63,937 bases of DNA, filler included, from Dimargaris cristalligena (GCA_003614675.1; 3 parts of 3 records of this genome joined end to end with filler, not necessarily neighbours in it), one strand, 5' to 3'. Shown: positions 1-14,669, counted from the first letter of the whole stretch. The notes: a model not told the origin generated them from the sequence alone. Translations and numbers: made by a program.

Positions 1-2010
1 TACGGAAAAATTTTTCTTTCCCCTCTATTAACATAATAAGTTTGTATAAACGAATAATGGAAGCATTATTTTGACAACTGGCTACATTTAACTTAATTTA
101 TGTACACCTATCGATTAATTATAATTTGTATTTGTATTCTGCGTTCTTATCGGGTTATTATAGGCTGGTTTAACTGTAACTCATTAATGTGATGCTATAT
201 CGCCAGCCTTTACATTATACTCTCACCATTTCAGATTTTGGTGGCTAAATCAAAGTGGCTTAACTATCCACAGTTATGGCGGCTGGGTTTTCAAGCGGTA
301 TACTTACCAAAATATATAAAGAGAAATAAAACTTATTCAATCGATCAGAGGGGTATTGCAAGAGCCGCAAATAACAGAATTTCAATAGAATCTGGAGTAA
401 CCTTACAAATTTCTTACAATTGGTTGCAAGCAATAGGGGCCCAATCATACCTCTCACGGGATTGTATTGATTCAAGCACAGTCTATTCGGCCGTAGAGGG
501 TAATATGTGATTTGCTGGCGCATAGCTAGCTGAAACATTGCTGTATTACTTAGACTAAAAGACCAGGGCAGCTGATGGGTCGCTTGACTTTTTGTACGCA
601 TATCCAATCGAGTATATTTTTCCCTTACACAAAAAGAACAGTCAGCGGGAAGGCTGCTGGTCGCGACTATTGCAACCACCAGGTGATGTATTTGCGACCA
701 TAGAACTATGATAATACATACTTATACGTGTTTTTGGTTGGTTTTGAACCTTCCGACTAAATAGCCCAATGTTCCCTATACTCTGAATAATACGAGATAA
801 GTATTTTTCCGAAAACACCCGGGATTTTTTTATTGCTGTATTCAAGCTATTATTTCTGATAGTATTTAGAATGCAATAGAAATTCCACAGACCACTTTGA
901 GGATTTCGAAATATGTTCCTATTAGGGGCTACCAACCCATCCATACCGAGTCCGCGTCATCGCTCCGAATCCAATATAGTGGCCTTAGTGACCAGATGGA
1001 GGATCACATCTCTATATCTGAAACAAAGAAGTGACAATATTGACATGAAATATAGTACCGAAATCCAAGCTCATCGTTGCTAGGCTTCTCGCTCAGTGGA
1101 TCAAAGCAACACAAACATACAGTACCCCTCAGGGATTATGTAACTCTATTTGCTCTATTCACCATTGGTTATCACGAATCTATAACCAATCGGCGAAGCA
1201 CGCTTATGTCTAGGCGACTACCTAACCGCCCGTAGATGCCGATTAAAACTAAAATGTTGCGAGTGCATCATCATGCTAAAAAATAATACAGCGTTGAATC
1301 TCAGCGCTAAGTCGGAAATCAAGGGCAGCTGCCATCCAGTCGTACTTTAGACCAGGGGCTCCTCTGGAATAGTGCAACCGAGTATCGAACAAGTACTACA
1401 CGACATGCAATGGGGAGTGGCGATCCGCTGTTGTTCTGACCAACAGCTATTTTATTCATCCTAAGCAGCGTAGTCGGTAAGAGAGCGTACACCAATGTGA
1501 GGGAACATAAGGATTCTAAATTCTCACAGTGTCCACTTGGTGCTCAGAGTTCTCGGGGTCTTGGTTCCAGCCCAAAGACTACGTGTTAGTCACCATGAAC
1601 CTATGGGTGTAGAGAAAGGATATATTATTTCCTTATGCCGAGCTGACGCCTATCTTGCCGCGTCTGACAGGCGGCCAGGATGGGGGCGCTGAGCCAGGAA
1701 TGCCACCCCAGTGGACATGGGGCCTCTACACAGTCCAGTCAATTTTAAAATCAATAAGTTGAGTAGTTCGATAAGAGTGAGTGGACGCATGCCACTCGTC
1801 ATGGTCTACATATTGTTCAACGGTGGTTTTCTCATTGGACTTTCCTGTAAAATTAAATGGCTGATTTCATATAGTTTAGGCCTTTAATGATGGTTTACCA
1901 TATTACAATGTGACCCCCCTACTGAGGTAGATAGGAAAGGAATGAAGAGGGCCGCCCGATGTTGAGGCACTCTGTAGCTAAATAACCTGGTTGTATCTCA
2001 TGAGGAGAAG

Positions 2011-2153
2011 ATATGGATGAAATACGGCCCAGCTATATAAGGTTTACATTATACGTGTATGGGAAAATATAGGGGAAATGTATTTTTAACTAGTAATATT
2101 AGCCGAATTTAATGGATTTTTCGTTATACAGCTTGGATGAACTTCTCCCATAT
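2011..2153 (+). mobile_element. ~145-nt dispersed element with imperfect terminal inverted repeats (MITE-like), copy A
   Basis: ATATGGATGAAATACGGCCCAGCTATATAA...AATGGATTTTTCGTTATACAGCTTGGATGAACTTCTCCCATAT aligns by eye with copies at 16835, 52926, 54642 and 61212. The two ends are ~30-nt imperfect reverse complements. Confidence 0.7.
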
Positions 2154-5100
2154 TCACTCCTAGAATATACGTCAATACTATACCCATAGCCACCTGACCC
2201 CCCGCCAATATTTTTTTATATTGGAAGAAAAAATCTTGCCATGGGGAATGTACAACCAAGGATGTTTGATTTAGGTTGAACAACCAGAGCCAGGTCACCA
2301 AATGGAGCCATAACATCCGATTTTTGGTTGAATATCTTTGGCAAGCTGAAGCCTAGATACTCTTGAGGAGCCACTCCCGTTTGTGTTACACCACATTTTC
2401 TATTTCCCAAAGCGATCTCACCCCCCTTCCTCCCAAGCACATTTCTACGCGCTTATTAGAGCCACCACCGTGCCCAATATCTAACTTCTTAAATTATTAT
2501 TTTTTTAAAAAAAAAAACGGGCCCAAATTGCTCCACAGTAACCAAGGTGAACCCTTATCTCACGGCTATCGCCAAAGTAACATTCTAAATATTGGACGAC
2601 GCATTGCCCTAGTTGGGCCATCCGATGTTACAACTAAAGTTGTGGGTGGGAACGGCTATTGAGGAATGAACAGTAGCTAGGTGAGACGAATTAGTCACCC
2701 TCCCCTTCCCTCCTATACCTCTCAGACCACAAAAAATTGACAGGACAGTATATTATTTCCCAGGCATCAATGGCGAATGTCGGGTGTGTGGCTTAGTTTT
2801 CGGGAGTGTCCACAATGCAACTTAACTTAATTATTCATTTTTTAGTATGTATAGCGGGGGCGATTTCAAGAAAGGCAATGTGAAGGGGTTCCCCTCTCAC
2901 TGGTATTTACTACAGCGCCGCTATTGGAGTGGCGTGGAACATGGAGCGCAGTGTAAAGGTCCAGCCGCCGAGCCTCTAAGACTAAACAACCTTATCAATA
3001 CGACCGCCCACTGTATGCTGACCATGGTATAGTAATTGGAGGAGGAAGTTTGAAGCCCTGTAGGTTGTACCGGTTCCCAAGATCATAGTAACCGAATGTA
3101 CATGCCTACATGGATGAGAAAGGGTCCTTATTTTAAGGGCAGTGTAGACAAAAATAGCGGCTAGAGCCGATAGGGAAAAATTACACGACCTGTTTATTCT
3201 AGCACCCTGCTGCTGTATACTCGACCATTAAAAACAATGGAGCAAGGAAAACCTGAACCATCGCCACAGCGAATGCCCGATTGGGCCAGGTCCGAATCCG
3301 CGAATTCTTGTATCTCGTTCGTTTTACCGAAGACCATCCTACATTTTTTTTCTGTAGTTACTCTAGTAGACATGCCTATACTCGCCGGTTCACCCTGGGC
3401 GGCCCTCTTGAAATCTACCCCACTACGTTTCACCCATGCTCCTTTCTACTCTGGCCTATTCAATCGCGCACTAATCATAGCTATACTTGTAACGATCTGG
3501 CCAGGTGAGTTTAATTTTATACACTAATATTCTGCATTGAGACTCTCGAATAGAAATTTGAAACCAGCGGCCCGTGGTTCCCTATTCCCGCGTAATTCGT
3601 TAGCCAATTGCCAGCGAACAGCCCGGAAACCTTGAAGGGATACCGTGGGTAGCAAAAATAGGAAATATACGATACGCCCACCATTCATCATTATAGGGTC
3701 GCAGAGTTGTGGGGTCTATTTTCAGTCCCATCTCTTTTTACATGCCTATCCGGAATACCGGAAAGCCCGATTTACATTGGTTGGGTTGTATAAAGCAGGG
3801 CGGGTACATACTAGAGTAGCTATTTTTATCTTGAAATTTGAAGAATATAGTACGGGTATACAACCAATAAATAAGTATTCCTTACTGCTGTATGGGAATT
3901 TTATTGATGTGTCTCTCCATATAGTCTTACTAGTTTCCTCATCGGTTTCTCGGCGTTTATGGGGGGGGGGTTAAAACGTCATTGTAGTCTTAGACGCAAA
4001 GTATGGCCTAGAAGAGCCGAGGGGTCATGGGGGCAGGGATGCGGAGTACAAAAAAATAATAATTAGGAACTAACCACTGAACTTGTAGAGCGCACCCTGT
4101 ACCATCGGCCGACTGAGCAATCGCCACCCTCTGTTTATACCTCACAGTGCCGAAGAACAAGGTACACAAGAAGCTAAGCAGTTGGCTAGTAGGATACTGG
4201 TGCACATCGCTTGTGTGTGCGAACTGATCATTTTGGGAAGTGAATGTAGGAATGACATCTCCTTGGAAATTAACAAGTCCGGTTAGACGCCGGACAGAGT
4301 GGGCCTGGTGATAAAAACATCATCAGATATCGGAGTATCCGGCGAAGGATTGAAATAGTTCAAGAATTTGACGGGGTGAAGGGTTAACCGCTCCCTATTT
4401 TATTTTTTAAAACTCTGTGACACCAAGTGATTTTGAAACAGGGGGAGTGTCGTCAAAATAACAGGAGTGCAAGTTATTAAAGTTCACTAAACTCTGCCCG
4501 ATTCTAACGTTGTAAGTAATCGTTTACTGTCTCGAGTACCCCTTTACCGTGTAACCACAGACTAAAAACAGGGGGAGTAGACCGGGGTGTCAAGGAATGA
4601 ATTGGGATCCCCTTTGGGCCTGCCCCTTTATGTACCAGCCTAGGACAGTTAGTTCCTAAAAGGCTCAGGTTTTCAAGAAAATAAAAATAACTTTCCCTGA
4701 CTCCTCTCCCTCCTCGCCCCAAATTGTTAGGTCACCACGCCCCACACAACTATCTTAGTCACTTTTGTATTTTGTACCCTACCCCGGTGCTCTATATATT
4801 TCGCCTCTCCCCCCTGATTTAATCTAGTGCATATTAAATTAATCGGACCAGTCGCCTCGTCCGCTGGTTCGCTGGTTTGCTGAATTGCCAACTAAATTAA
4901 AGGTCAGCCCACCAATAGAACAAGTCAGCCTATTGAAAATACCGGTCCGCAGGAGATCTCCAGTTCCCTTTTTTAATATGCCCCTTCGAGGATGATAATT
5001 CTAGCGTGTGATGTGCTAGTCTTTGTAGGCTCAAAATAAACCTACCGTTGTCAAATATTGGAGGCCAGGCGTATCCATCAGCTATCCAATCGGCCGGGTT

Positions 5101-8100
5101 GTCTCAGGCTAGGTAAGGGCCGAGACTGGGGAAAAAATCTACACCAGTCATCCCTGCATTAGCCCGGAAAATTATTTAGTTCCCCTTCAACTTCGATCCT
5201 TTGGGTTCTGCTCCAATCAGAGGTCCCCGAACGAGCGGAAGAGTAGTTTCACTAGGCCAGGTATAGAGGGCGCGGGAGTGAGCGAATCAATAGTCCACCT
5301 ATTATTTGGTTTGAACTGGGTTCCCAGCACTAGTACGGGTGATGATGAGCATGGCTAGACTTGCTTTAGCAGTACGAGGGCGATTGGTTTAACTAGTAGG
5401 TCTATTGCTCACCTGCGCAGGGGGATGGCGATGGCCAAAGCAGCCATTATCCTCCGCCATAGTAGAGTGAAACAGATACCAGGGCCAACGGGTAATGGAC
5501 ATCGCCCTAATAAAGAAACTGAAGGAAGAGCCGGAGTGTCATCGGCGCTTGAAACGGAAATAGACAGGGTGATCGGCTGATGAGCTCCCGACAATTTCGA
5601 CAGCCCATGGCATTTCTGGTCCAAGGCCGATGGCGGCTTTACAACCTTTCACTTGGCTTTACTCACACTCACCCCCCCTCCACTTTTCACAGTCTTAACT
5701 ATTCAAGATCCTGGATTGCCACTATAACCATCCACCCTGGATGGACAGTCCAACCCCAACACTCCTTCCCCTTGTGATCATCCTACCTTTGCATAATACG
5801 GGGAGTAAGAAAGCGGACCTAACGAATTGTCAGGCGATAGGGAGAGCAATACAAACAAACATCGCAGTCATGTAATCGAAAATACCCACAAAATGCATCA
5901 ATTGCCAAATGTATACAAGCTAAAAAGGCGTTGTTTTGAACTGTTATTTGATTGATACGCCAGTGCTATCCCCGGAAGCCCCCTCCGAGTGAACGTGTAA
6001 GGCCCAATAGCCCCATGTCCTACACTAGTTCCAAACAGAACCATCCAAAGCGCCACTCTAGGTTCTTTGGCGAGTGGTTTACCTTTAGTTGCCGTCGACC
6101 TCTCGCTAGTGGTGACGCGTTTGGCCCAAAAGGATAAGTGCTTATTGCCGCTTTATCGGAGATGAGAGTTGGTCTGAGGAGACGGGCTCTGATACATAGT
6201 CAACTACAACGAAACCCCACCCAATCCCTGGTGGTAAGCCAATAAGAGCTAGTGAAGGTTGATATGGGTATGCCTGGTGTATAGTGGCAGCCAAGTCTCC
6301 CAGTTGGCCGATGAAACACTAGGCACTTGATTTGAGACTCAAATAACCGATGCCAATACCTACAGGGTGGGTTGGAAGGGCATTTAATCGTTACCGGTTT
6401 GAAATTATGTCTACTGGCACAGTCCTACACCGGAGGACTTTAAACATTTCTAGCGGGCATTTCTTTCGGTGGATTTCAGTACTGATGATGAATACTGCAA
6501 TCTAATGAAGTCGTTTGTTGTTTCAATCTACTACGACCTGCACACCCACGCCTACACGGTAGATAGGGCCAAATAGCACTAAACGGTAGATTGTCAAGTG
6601 CCGCGACCAGCTAGTGGTCCTATTGGGCCTTGGGAGCTCTCCCCTTCCCAGCGCCTATGGCCCGCCCTGCTCCGGAGATCCCCTACAGATTGTTTCGATA
6701 AACCATACTGTTCATCGGACCAATTAATGGAGTAGGCGCCACGCCAACCAAGTTCAATCGATGAATCGGCTAGTGGGGTAATAAAACGGGTCAACACATA
6801 GTACTAGGGAGACGAGGCGGGGCAAGGGTGAGGGAGAGGAGAGGGGTTTGTCTGGTAGAGTGGGAAAAGTGGATGAGCAGCGGACCCAAGGCGGTGGAGG
6901 ATTAAATGGTGGGCTCGTTACACAACGGTCCTCCTACCAATGGATGATCAGCCCTATTTTCTGCGCAAACTAGGGGGCCCAGCTGCGAGTTGATTCGCCT
7001 TTCCAACTCTTTTCTATTTTTACCCATCTTTGAACCGCTGTTTTTTTCTGGGCCTACCCAGAAGTTAACATTCGGTTTCGCACCACTGCCCATAGGAAAC
7101 ACGGCGAGGAAGGGGGGGATTATCTACTAGTTGCTCTGCTGTTTCAACTACGAATAACGCGACCTTGGCCCTATGACCCCCTTCTTTTCCGCCTGCTTCC
7201 TCCTTTTCCGGCCGGCCCCATCCATGTTTCTTCTGCCTAGTAGCAGATAATTGTCCACTGTTTCGCAGCTCCTAATAGGGAGTTGAAAGGGGGGTGTTGC
7301 ACTATAGTCGTCATACCAATAAAATGAAAATAAAGTTTCCCCTCGCTCACTTTCTCTACCACCCTACCCTCCCGTACACTAAGGGTTTGGGAAGTGCCGC
7401 CAATGGTCAGTCGTTCTTCACTAGGGCCTTGGGACTACCGAGGGACCCGCACCATTTCTATAAAAGCCCGTCCATCAGGCCCCCTGCTTCGGATTATCAA
7501 CCCCTCCTTTTGTATCGCCACTATTAAGGCCACTATAAACGTCCCTTGTAACTCACCACGCGGCCCCTCTCCTTAGTACTATATAATTGCCTCTCTCCTC
7601 TCTTCCTCACTGTCCCCACACGCTATTTAAACTACACCATCACATTTATTTCCCTGGTACACTGCAACCTTGCTTATTTTATAGGTCTACCTTCATGCAA
7701 CTGTATTTCAGCTTCACCCTTGCTGACGATCATTACCATCACCAGCATCTTTTCCTCATCCCCAACCTGGGCTTCCTGTCCGACTGCATCGAACGTGTGT
7801 CTTTTCTATTCAATACCCCCCTTTTCATCATTCACCTACTGCGTTAATGTCCGCCTATAGGATATAGACCTTGTTCCACCACCACCACTTGTATGAATAT
7901 ACCCATTGCTTCACTCCCTGAATTTAGTAATGTATCGGTGAAATAACTTCCCCCTACATTGAAATTTCTATCAATAATTAAATCAACTTTGTTGATGGTG
8001 TTATTTTTATATTATTTTTTTCTGTAGGTTATTTACTAATTATTTTGGGATTGAGTGGACATCCCATTGAATTGGTCTTTTATTTTTGTCTCGACATTCC

Positions 8101-8344
8101 CCTATTAGCCCCTTCTTTTTCACCACTGGTTTTTCGTTGTGGCGATTAGTGCCGATTTACTGGGATCGACGTGTAATTCTCACCCCTTTGGTCTCATTAC
8201 CACTAAATACCATTATTAGGCCATTGCACAACCCTTACTTTTTTATAATTTACAGACCTTTTACTTAAGCTATAGCCCATTCCATTCTATTATTTCTAGA
8301 ATATATATATATATTATATCCCCCTTGTGAATATTTAATTAATC

Positions 8345-9811
8345 ATGAATTACTCCCCCATTAGTAATCCTAGCGCCGTTGTTCAGCCCTCCGAGCCGCT
8401 CGAGCACAGTTTCGCATCCCCCATGTCGGGCACCAACTTTACCTTCCAAATCACCAATCAGCCGGACGGGTCGAATTCGGCGGGCTCCACCCCGGCCAAG
8501 AAACGGTCCACGTCCGCGGACCGTCGGGCCAACCACAACAAGACCGAGCGTACCCGGCGGGAACTGCTCAATTCCGATTTCCAACTCCTGGCCAAGGAAA
8601 TTCCCAAGCTGGACGCTATTCGCCGGCCATCCAAATCCCAAATTGTGCAAGCCTCGTGCCAGTACGTCCGCAAGGTCAAACAACGCACCGAATGTCAGGA
8701 ACGCGAAATTCAGCGGCTGGCCAAAGAGAATGAGGCCCTGCACCAGCAACTCAATGAACTCCGGGTTCAGTTGGGACTGCCACCCCTGACCCCTCCGAGT
8801 ATGCCGACCTTTGCCAACACTGCCATGCTGGACCATTCATCACACTACCACCATCAGCAGCAGCAGCTGCATATGCACCTACAGCACTCGTCGAATGGAG
8901 AGAATGGTCTGGTATCAGACCCCGCCCTCCTCAATTCCTTTGAGCTTTCGAACGGTTTAGAACTCGGCTCACCCCAGTTTTCCGAAACTGACGGCGAACA
9001 CCATCACTCGGGAATGGGTATGTCAGATGACGAGGACTCGCCTAGCTATACCGAAGCCAGTGGCAGTGCCCCCAGTGCCACTATTAACGCCATATCTACC
9101 ACTACGGCCTCGGTGAACCCCATGACCATAGTAGGCAGTCCCTCCGGCAACCACTGCGGCGGTACTCTGACCCTTAGCCAGTCCCCCCACGGACTCGGCC
9201 GACTCGGGCGCGGCCACCCTGGAACCCATTCCCAGCTTAATCGGTCACTTCCGCCCAACATGGGCCTACACCAGAGTGTGTTCTTCACCAATATGCTGGG
9301 TATCCAATCGGACCCCTTGTCCCCCCACTCTCCACTGGGCCTATCCATGAACATGGGTCTCCTAAGTCCAGCTAGCTCAACGTCCACGGCCACCAACTCC
9401 ATCGCGGCGCCGATGATGGGGGGGGACTCGGTAGACTCTAGGACGATGGGCACGGGCTTACCTCCGCCATCGTCCCATCCGCAAACGCCGGTGGGATTCT
9501 TCGGGTTCACTGCCAACACCACTCCGACGCCTTCCCATGGCCCCGGGACTAGCTCAAATTGGAACTATTCCATGGTGTCAATGGTACCACCCAACCCTGG
9601 TCACCACCACCAGCACCAGCACCATCCCTCGCCTCTCTCTATGTCGCCCGCGGTAACGAACAACCATATGATGGGGCCCAATGGCGCCCCCGTGGGGATT
9701 CCTACTTCCCTATCGGCCCACCACGCCGCAAACTCCGCCATGTTTGGGTCGTCAATGCCGACCGATATGAGCCAGGCGGCCATGTCGTTTTCGGGACTAT
9801 ACCCCATGTAA
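8345..9811 (+). CDS. bHLH-leucine zipper transcription factor (Max/Mlx-like basic region), 488 aa, single exon
   Basis: RRANHNKTERTRRELLNSDFQLLAKEIP...RRPSKSQIVQASCQYVR shows the H-x3-E-x3-R E-box-binding basic region and both helices. A zipper (IQRLAKENEALHQQLNELRVQL) follows, then a long S/P/M/H-rich low-complexity tail. Confidence 0.9.
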   Translation: MNYSPISNPSAVVQPSEPLEHSFASPMSGTNFTFQITNQPDGSNSAGSTPAKKRSTSADRRANHNKTERTRRELLNSDFQLLAKEIPKLDAIRRPSKSQIVQASCQYVRKVKQRTECQEREIQRLAKENEALHQQLNELRVQLGLPPLTPPSMPTFANTAMLDHSSHYHHQQQQLHMHLQHSSNGENGLVSDPALLNSFELSNGLELGSPQFSETDGEHHHSGMGMSDDEDSPSYTEASGSAPSATINAISTTTASVNPMTIVGSPSGNHCGGTLTLSQSPHGLGRLGRGHPGTHSQLNRSLPPNMGLHQSVFFTNMLGIQSDPLSPHSPLGLSMNMGLLSPASSTSTATNSIAAPMMGGDSVDSRTMGTGLPPPSSHPQTPVGFFGFTANTTPTPSHGPGTSSNWNYSMVSMVPPNPGHHHQHQHHPSPLSMSPAVTNNHMMGPNGAPVGIPTSLSAHHAANSAMFGSSMPTDMSQAAMSFSGLYPM

Positions 9812-12800
9812 ACTGAGGACCATTCACTCACCTGCTACTTAACTCCATAGGTTGAGCCGCGGTAGTCGGTGAAAGCCATTTGCGTAGCGAATTGTAAAAC
9901 TATTTGGGGCACTGGCCTGGCGGTCGTGTCCAATTCTCCTTAATCTGGGGCTTTCCCCTTATTTCCTTGCCCTCCCTATTTTGTTTTATTATTAATACCT
10001 TTCCTTTTTTAAAACTTCTTTACATTTCATACATCTATTTAGCCTTACTGTATTCGCTGATTAATGCTGATTGGCCCTTGCATACCCTGAATACTTTGGG
10101 GGGGGGGGGTGGCGGCATTTTTGCTTTATTTAACCATAATTAGGTGACTTACATATCGTTTCTCTACAATATCCTCCCATTCTACGTTCAGTGTTCAAGA
10201 TACTCTGCTTGCCTCCACAGTGTTAAGACCTTCGGCATTTCAGCTTTACTTACTTGCCCCTACTCCTCTCCCCCTCTCCACTCGCTTTCACGCGACTGCT
10301 CATGACGTTGGCTATAAGTCAATATCCCTTACGCTAGGGGAGGCAGATTCCTGTCGCGTTGGTCTTTAGGCATTTAACCCCAGATGTATTTATGTTCGAT
10401 ACCTACTTTCAACCCAATTGGGCAGTGGCTTTATAATACCACTGTAATACACCATGTAATATAGCCAGTAAACAGATAGTTATTAGTAAATTGCTTATAA
10501 TCGGGATTCCCAGTTGGGCCAATCAATTTAAATCAGTTTCCTACCAAGTAATTATATACTTACTCTATTCCCCCCACTCTCCCCAGGGCAATCCTAAAGA
10601 GCAAGGCTACCCTGAATCCGTGATTGTCTAGAAGTGCGGCAATCTAATATGAAAATAACATCTTTATAGGCTCTTAGCAATCGCCGGAGCCTAGATGGGG
10701 GGCTCCTTATAGGATAATCTTTCACAAGAAGAGAGATCCTACGGATACTCCACGGAAGGAGGTTGGCTTGATACACCCTCTCTTCATTTCAATTTTTTTG
10801 GCGGATGTACAGGGTACTCTGGCTAATATATTCGAGTGAATGGGGGGTGCTGGATTATTTGGTGACTTCGAGGTCATATCCGACTCGCCAAGTAGATCGC
10901 CAATCTGCTGGGCAAATTAAGGCGCCCATCGCCAAGTACCCCGGTGCAGAGAGTTAGACACCGACGAAAATACGCAGTGAGTTGCCTTTGACCAGGGTAG
11001 GGCAGCTAGGGTAACGGTTCGACCCATTACCATAAATGGCGAATTTCCGCACTCACAAACGATTTTGGAGACACTCTTGTAAGTGAAGACCCGCATTAGG
11101 TTGGTAATAGTGGCCGTTTTAGAAAAACATAGAGGGGGATGGTTTAGCCTATAGTTCTATTGCTATTTTTCAGGTACAACAAAAAAATAACAGTCGTGTA
11201 GATCATCGGGTTAGACCCTGGACAGTGGAAAGAGTGCCAGAGTCCAGCCCACAGCCCAGGTTCCTCGCACGAAATTGGGCATACTAACCTAAGTTTGATT
11301 GCCTATCTGGATACGCTCGTCGTGTAGCTTTGGGGGTTCCCTGCGATTTCTCCGCAGCCGAGGTCGGGGTGATTCAGTAAAGTACCTTTGCCTCTGCGAT
11401 TCAAATGCCACGCAATTGGCGATTTGGTAGCTTAATTTGAGCTACAGTCTTACCATCATTTTGGTCTGAGAGTACCCGCAGTCAGCTAACTACAGTAACT
11501 AGTCCTAATTACACGGCTTATAGGGCTGTTATTTAAGTTTTTTATATAAAAAAAATAGAGATGCGAGGTATATATCGAAAATGCCCAGACCAGTGTAGGT
11601 GAAGTATGGCGCTTTTTAAATGCTGGTCAGCGTGGGACGAATCCATTCTATTCGCCTTTTATACACACATTGTGCTGGAATGCTCACCAATTAGTAGGCT
11701 GAGCACCAAATAAATACCAAATCGAGCCGAAAAATAGTGGCTGTCGCGATGGACTGTATGGAGGTGAATACCATTCAGGCTCGTATTTTCACCTGTTCCT
11801 TCCTGATGGGTAAATTGGAAGGTGGCTGCTGGCATATGCTGGAGTAGATGCGGGTTTGAAGCGGGACCATCCCAGCCCGTAAATGGGAGAGGGAGGGGGG
11901 GTGATAAGACGAAGGGGCTTACGAATCACGAGTGTAAGGCTGTATGTCCAGTCCACTGGGTCGGCATCGCCCAATTACAGCGTTGGCGTGCTTTACATAA
12001 TCATACATGAAACTATTGTATGGCATTCTCTAACACAAGGACAATGGATGCCCCGAGTGGGCCGTTATTGCACACAGAGGGATGGCGCCGGCCAGAAAGC
12101 CTCATTAGTCAGTGGGGTCTCTCTCTGGTCGGCCACAAAGCAATGTGCTTTTTAATATTCTCTACGACGCCTAATTAATACCCAACCCGTTTGGTAATAT
12201 CGGTGAATTGATGTATTTAAATATCGCGCCATGCCGCCCCCAGACTTGGCCATCTGGATCTTGACCTATAATTCCCGATGGCCAGGTTCTTCAAACCATG
12301 GTTCTTTAAATAGCAGTCATGCGTCACTTAGAAGGGCTAAGGACCATCCAGTAGTGTGGTGCGGATACATTCACTCGCCACACGCCTCCTAATTATAGTT
12401 GCTTTAGTATTCAAGGCCAGCGTCTCGGGCTATTCCACCATCGATTCCGGAATCTTATAATGTGGTGATATGCACTAACAAAGCATGTACAAGACGGTCA
12501 AGTCGACTTGAGTTGGTGCGTGTGTGGGAAAGTGCATTAAAAAACCCAACACTGGTCCACTTGGTCTTAGGAATCCCTCCCCCAAAAATCGAAGGGCCTA
12601 AAAGGGGGGCAGCCAACTCGAGTACATACCATCTAGCCAGCTGGACTGGCTATTGCCATTATACCTTGTATACCCTCCCCTCCTCTTTTTTTCCCTCCCT
12701 CCCCCTGTTCTTCATGAGGCGCCCCACCCTCTTTCTCCTATGGAAGGCCCATCTATAAGCAAGTCTTTAGCCGTAACCCCAGTTGCTTAGGTCAGTAAAA

Positions 12801-14669
12801 TCAACCCACGGGATGATTTCGGAGGGTTTCTAAATTTTCATTAAACATGCATTGGGGACTTTGGTTTTGCCGTAGTTGAGTATTTCTGGCGCCCGTTGCG
12901 AAGTCCCGTCCAATCGAACCCTTCGGACCATGTAAAATGAAAGGTAGGCGTGGTTTTGCCATGATTCCGTATTTGCTATTATTACCAGGTAGTGTGGTTT
13001 GATGAAAACCCCCCTCGGGCTATGATAAATTCGGGTGTGGCCTCAGATGCTTAGAATAGAGTGGGTGTCGGTCCAATTGTAGGGGTTGGGAAAGACATGT
13101 GCATCGCTATTATACCCATATGCTTAGGATACACTTAGTATGGTATCCTTGGGGTATAAAAAGCCTCGGGCTGGCCTAATGACGCCTTTTTCCGTCTGTT
13201 TGGGGATGGGTTGCACTGGGTGACACACGTATACTATTGCTTCGATCCATTCTTCTGTAGTGTGTGAAGTGCCAACGCAAAGTCAGCATATGTAGAGGCC
13301 TGGGGCTGCGTGGCATGTTCTCCACTTTCTTAAACCCCGACCAGCGTATATTTTATTTCGAACCAACAAATGCCTATAGATTGCTTTCCTTGGCCGATTC
13401 AGATGTACAGCTCTGCAGACAGCGTCAGCTACGGCGCGACTAGTCCGAAATCCGCCACGCACTTTGTGGCCCAACGGTGGCCTCACCCATGCAAGTGACT
13501 CAAGATTGGCTGGAGGGTTTTGGAGGTAATGTGATGGCGGTAATCATTATTAGGACACATTATCCAGCCAGCCGGGTGCCAGCTCAACCAAGTCCCGTGA
13601 CACGGAAACGAGCTACCAATAGAAAAGGAGTGACGGGCTGGGGGTTCCAATTAAAGCTTGTAGCCCCGGGTGGATTAATAAGCACCAGGAAGCTGGGCCA
13701 AACAAGGCTTAGCCGATTAGTCAGAATAGCACAGTACGGGCGCCTATGATGAATCGGTCACCCAAGCGAAGAATGGCTTATTTGGATATCGCTATTAGCA
13801 ACACAACAGCCTCTGGAGTTCCAAAAGGGCCCGAATGGCAGGTGCGCGCCTCTCCACCACACAATAAATCTCTCTCATACATAATAAATACTACGCTACT
13901 ATAATATATCCAACGAAAACGGATAAACACGAAGAATAAACGGTACGACTTCCTCCAGCAAAGTCCGGTGAACAGACTTAACCCATTTTTCCCAATCTTT
14001 CTGCACATTTGACTTTCTGAATAATTAAATATATATCCTGGACCCCCTGCTTCTATATTGGTTCGTCGCTCCCAATTGTGCCCGCTACTATCGCGTGCCC
14101 CTGTCGCTAACCGCCGCTGCTTAATTTGTCATACACGCCGACTCCTTCCGAGTGAGTGGATGTTCGTTTATCTCTACTTTTGTCAGCCATCTTTTTATAC
14201 CTGTCTTAGTAAAGGCTCAGAGACTCGTTTAAAGAACCCAAGCACACTCTCCCGTTGCCTTGCCTTATTGCGCTTACTATCCTAATTATTACTATTTTTC
14301 CCTTTCATATATTTAGTTACGCTTGTTTCTTCGTTTATAACCCGTTCTTGGCCCGCTATTTACTTCCACCACCACACCAGCTATTGCTTCTCCAATTAAA
14401 AAGACCCGCACAGTACTAACTACCACCCAATTGCCGACTTGAAGGCAATTTTGCTTATCCCTCTAGCTTTTACACTCTTTTATCGAATCCAGGTTTTACA
14501 TTGTCTGCCCTGTACCCTTAATTCCCTTATCGACTACCCCCCTTTTCCCGCACTCCTATTTTGGGTTGAGCTACCACCATTCGTTTTGTTTATTCATTTG
14601 ACCCTGACGTCGCTGCGGCCCACCCCCTCTCTCCCACTCCATAATTTCTACATTTTTCTTCTCGTGACC

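Noticed and set aside
14439..14669. Signal-peptide-like extension of the quinone reductase from a TTG start; likewise the GTG-started 32851-33018 extension of the second bHLH
   Set aside because: ORF-track starts use bacterial-style alternative codons; the sequence is pyrimidine-rich UTR-like DNA and good ATGs lie downstream.
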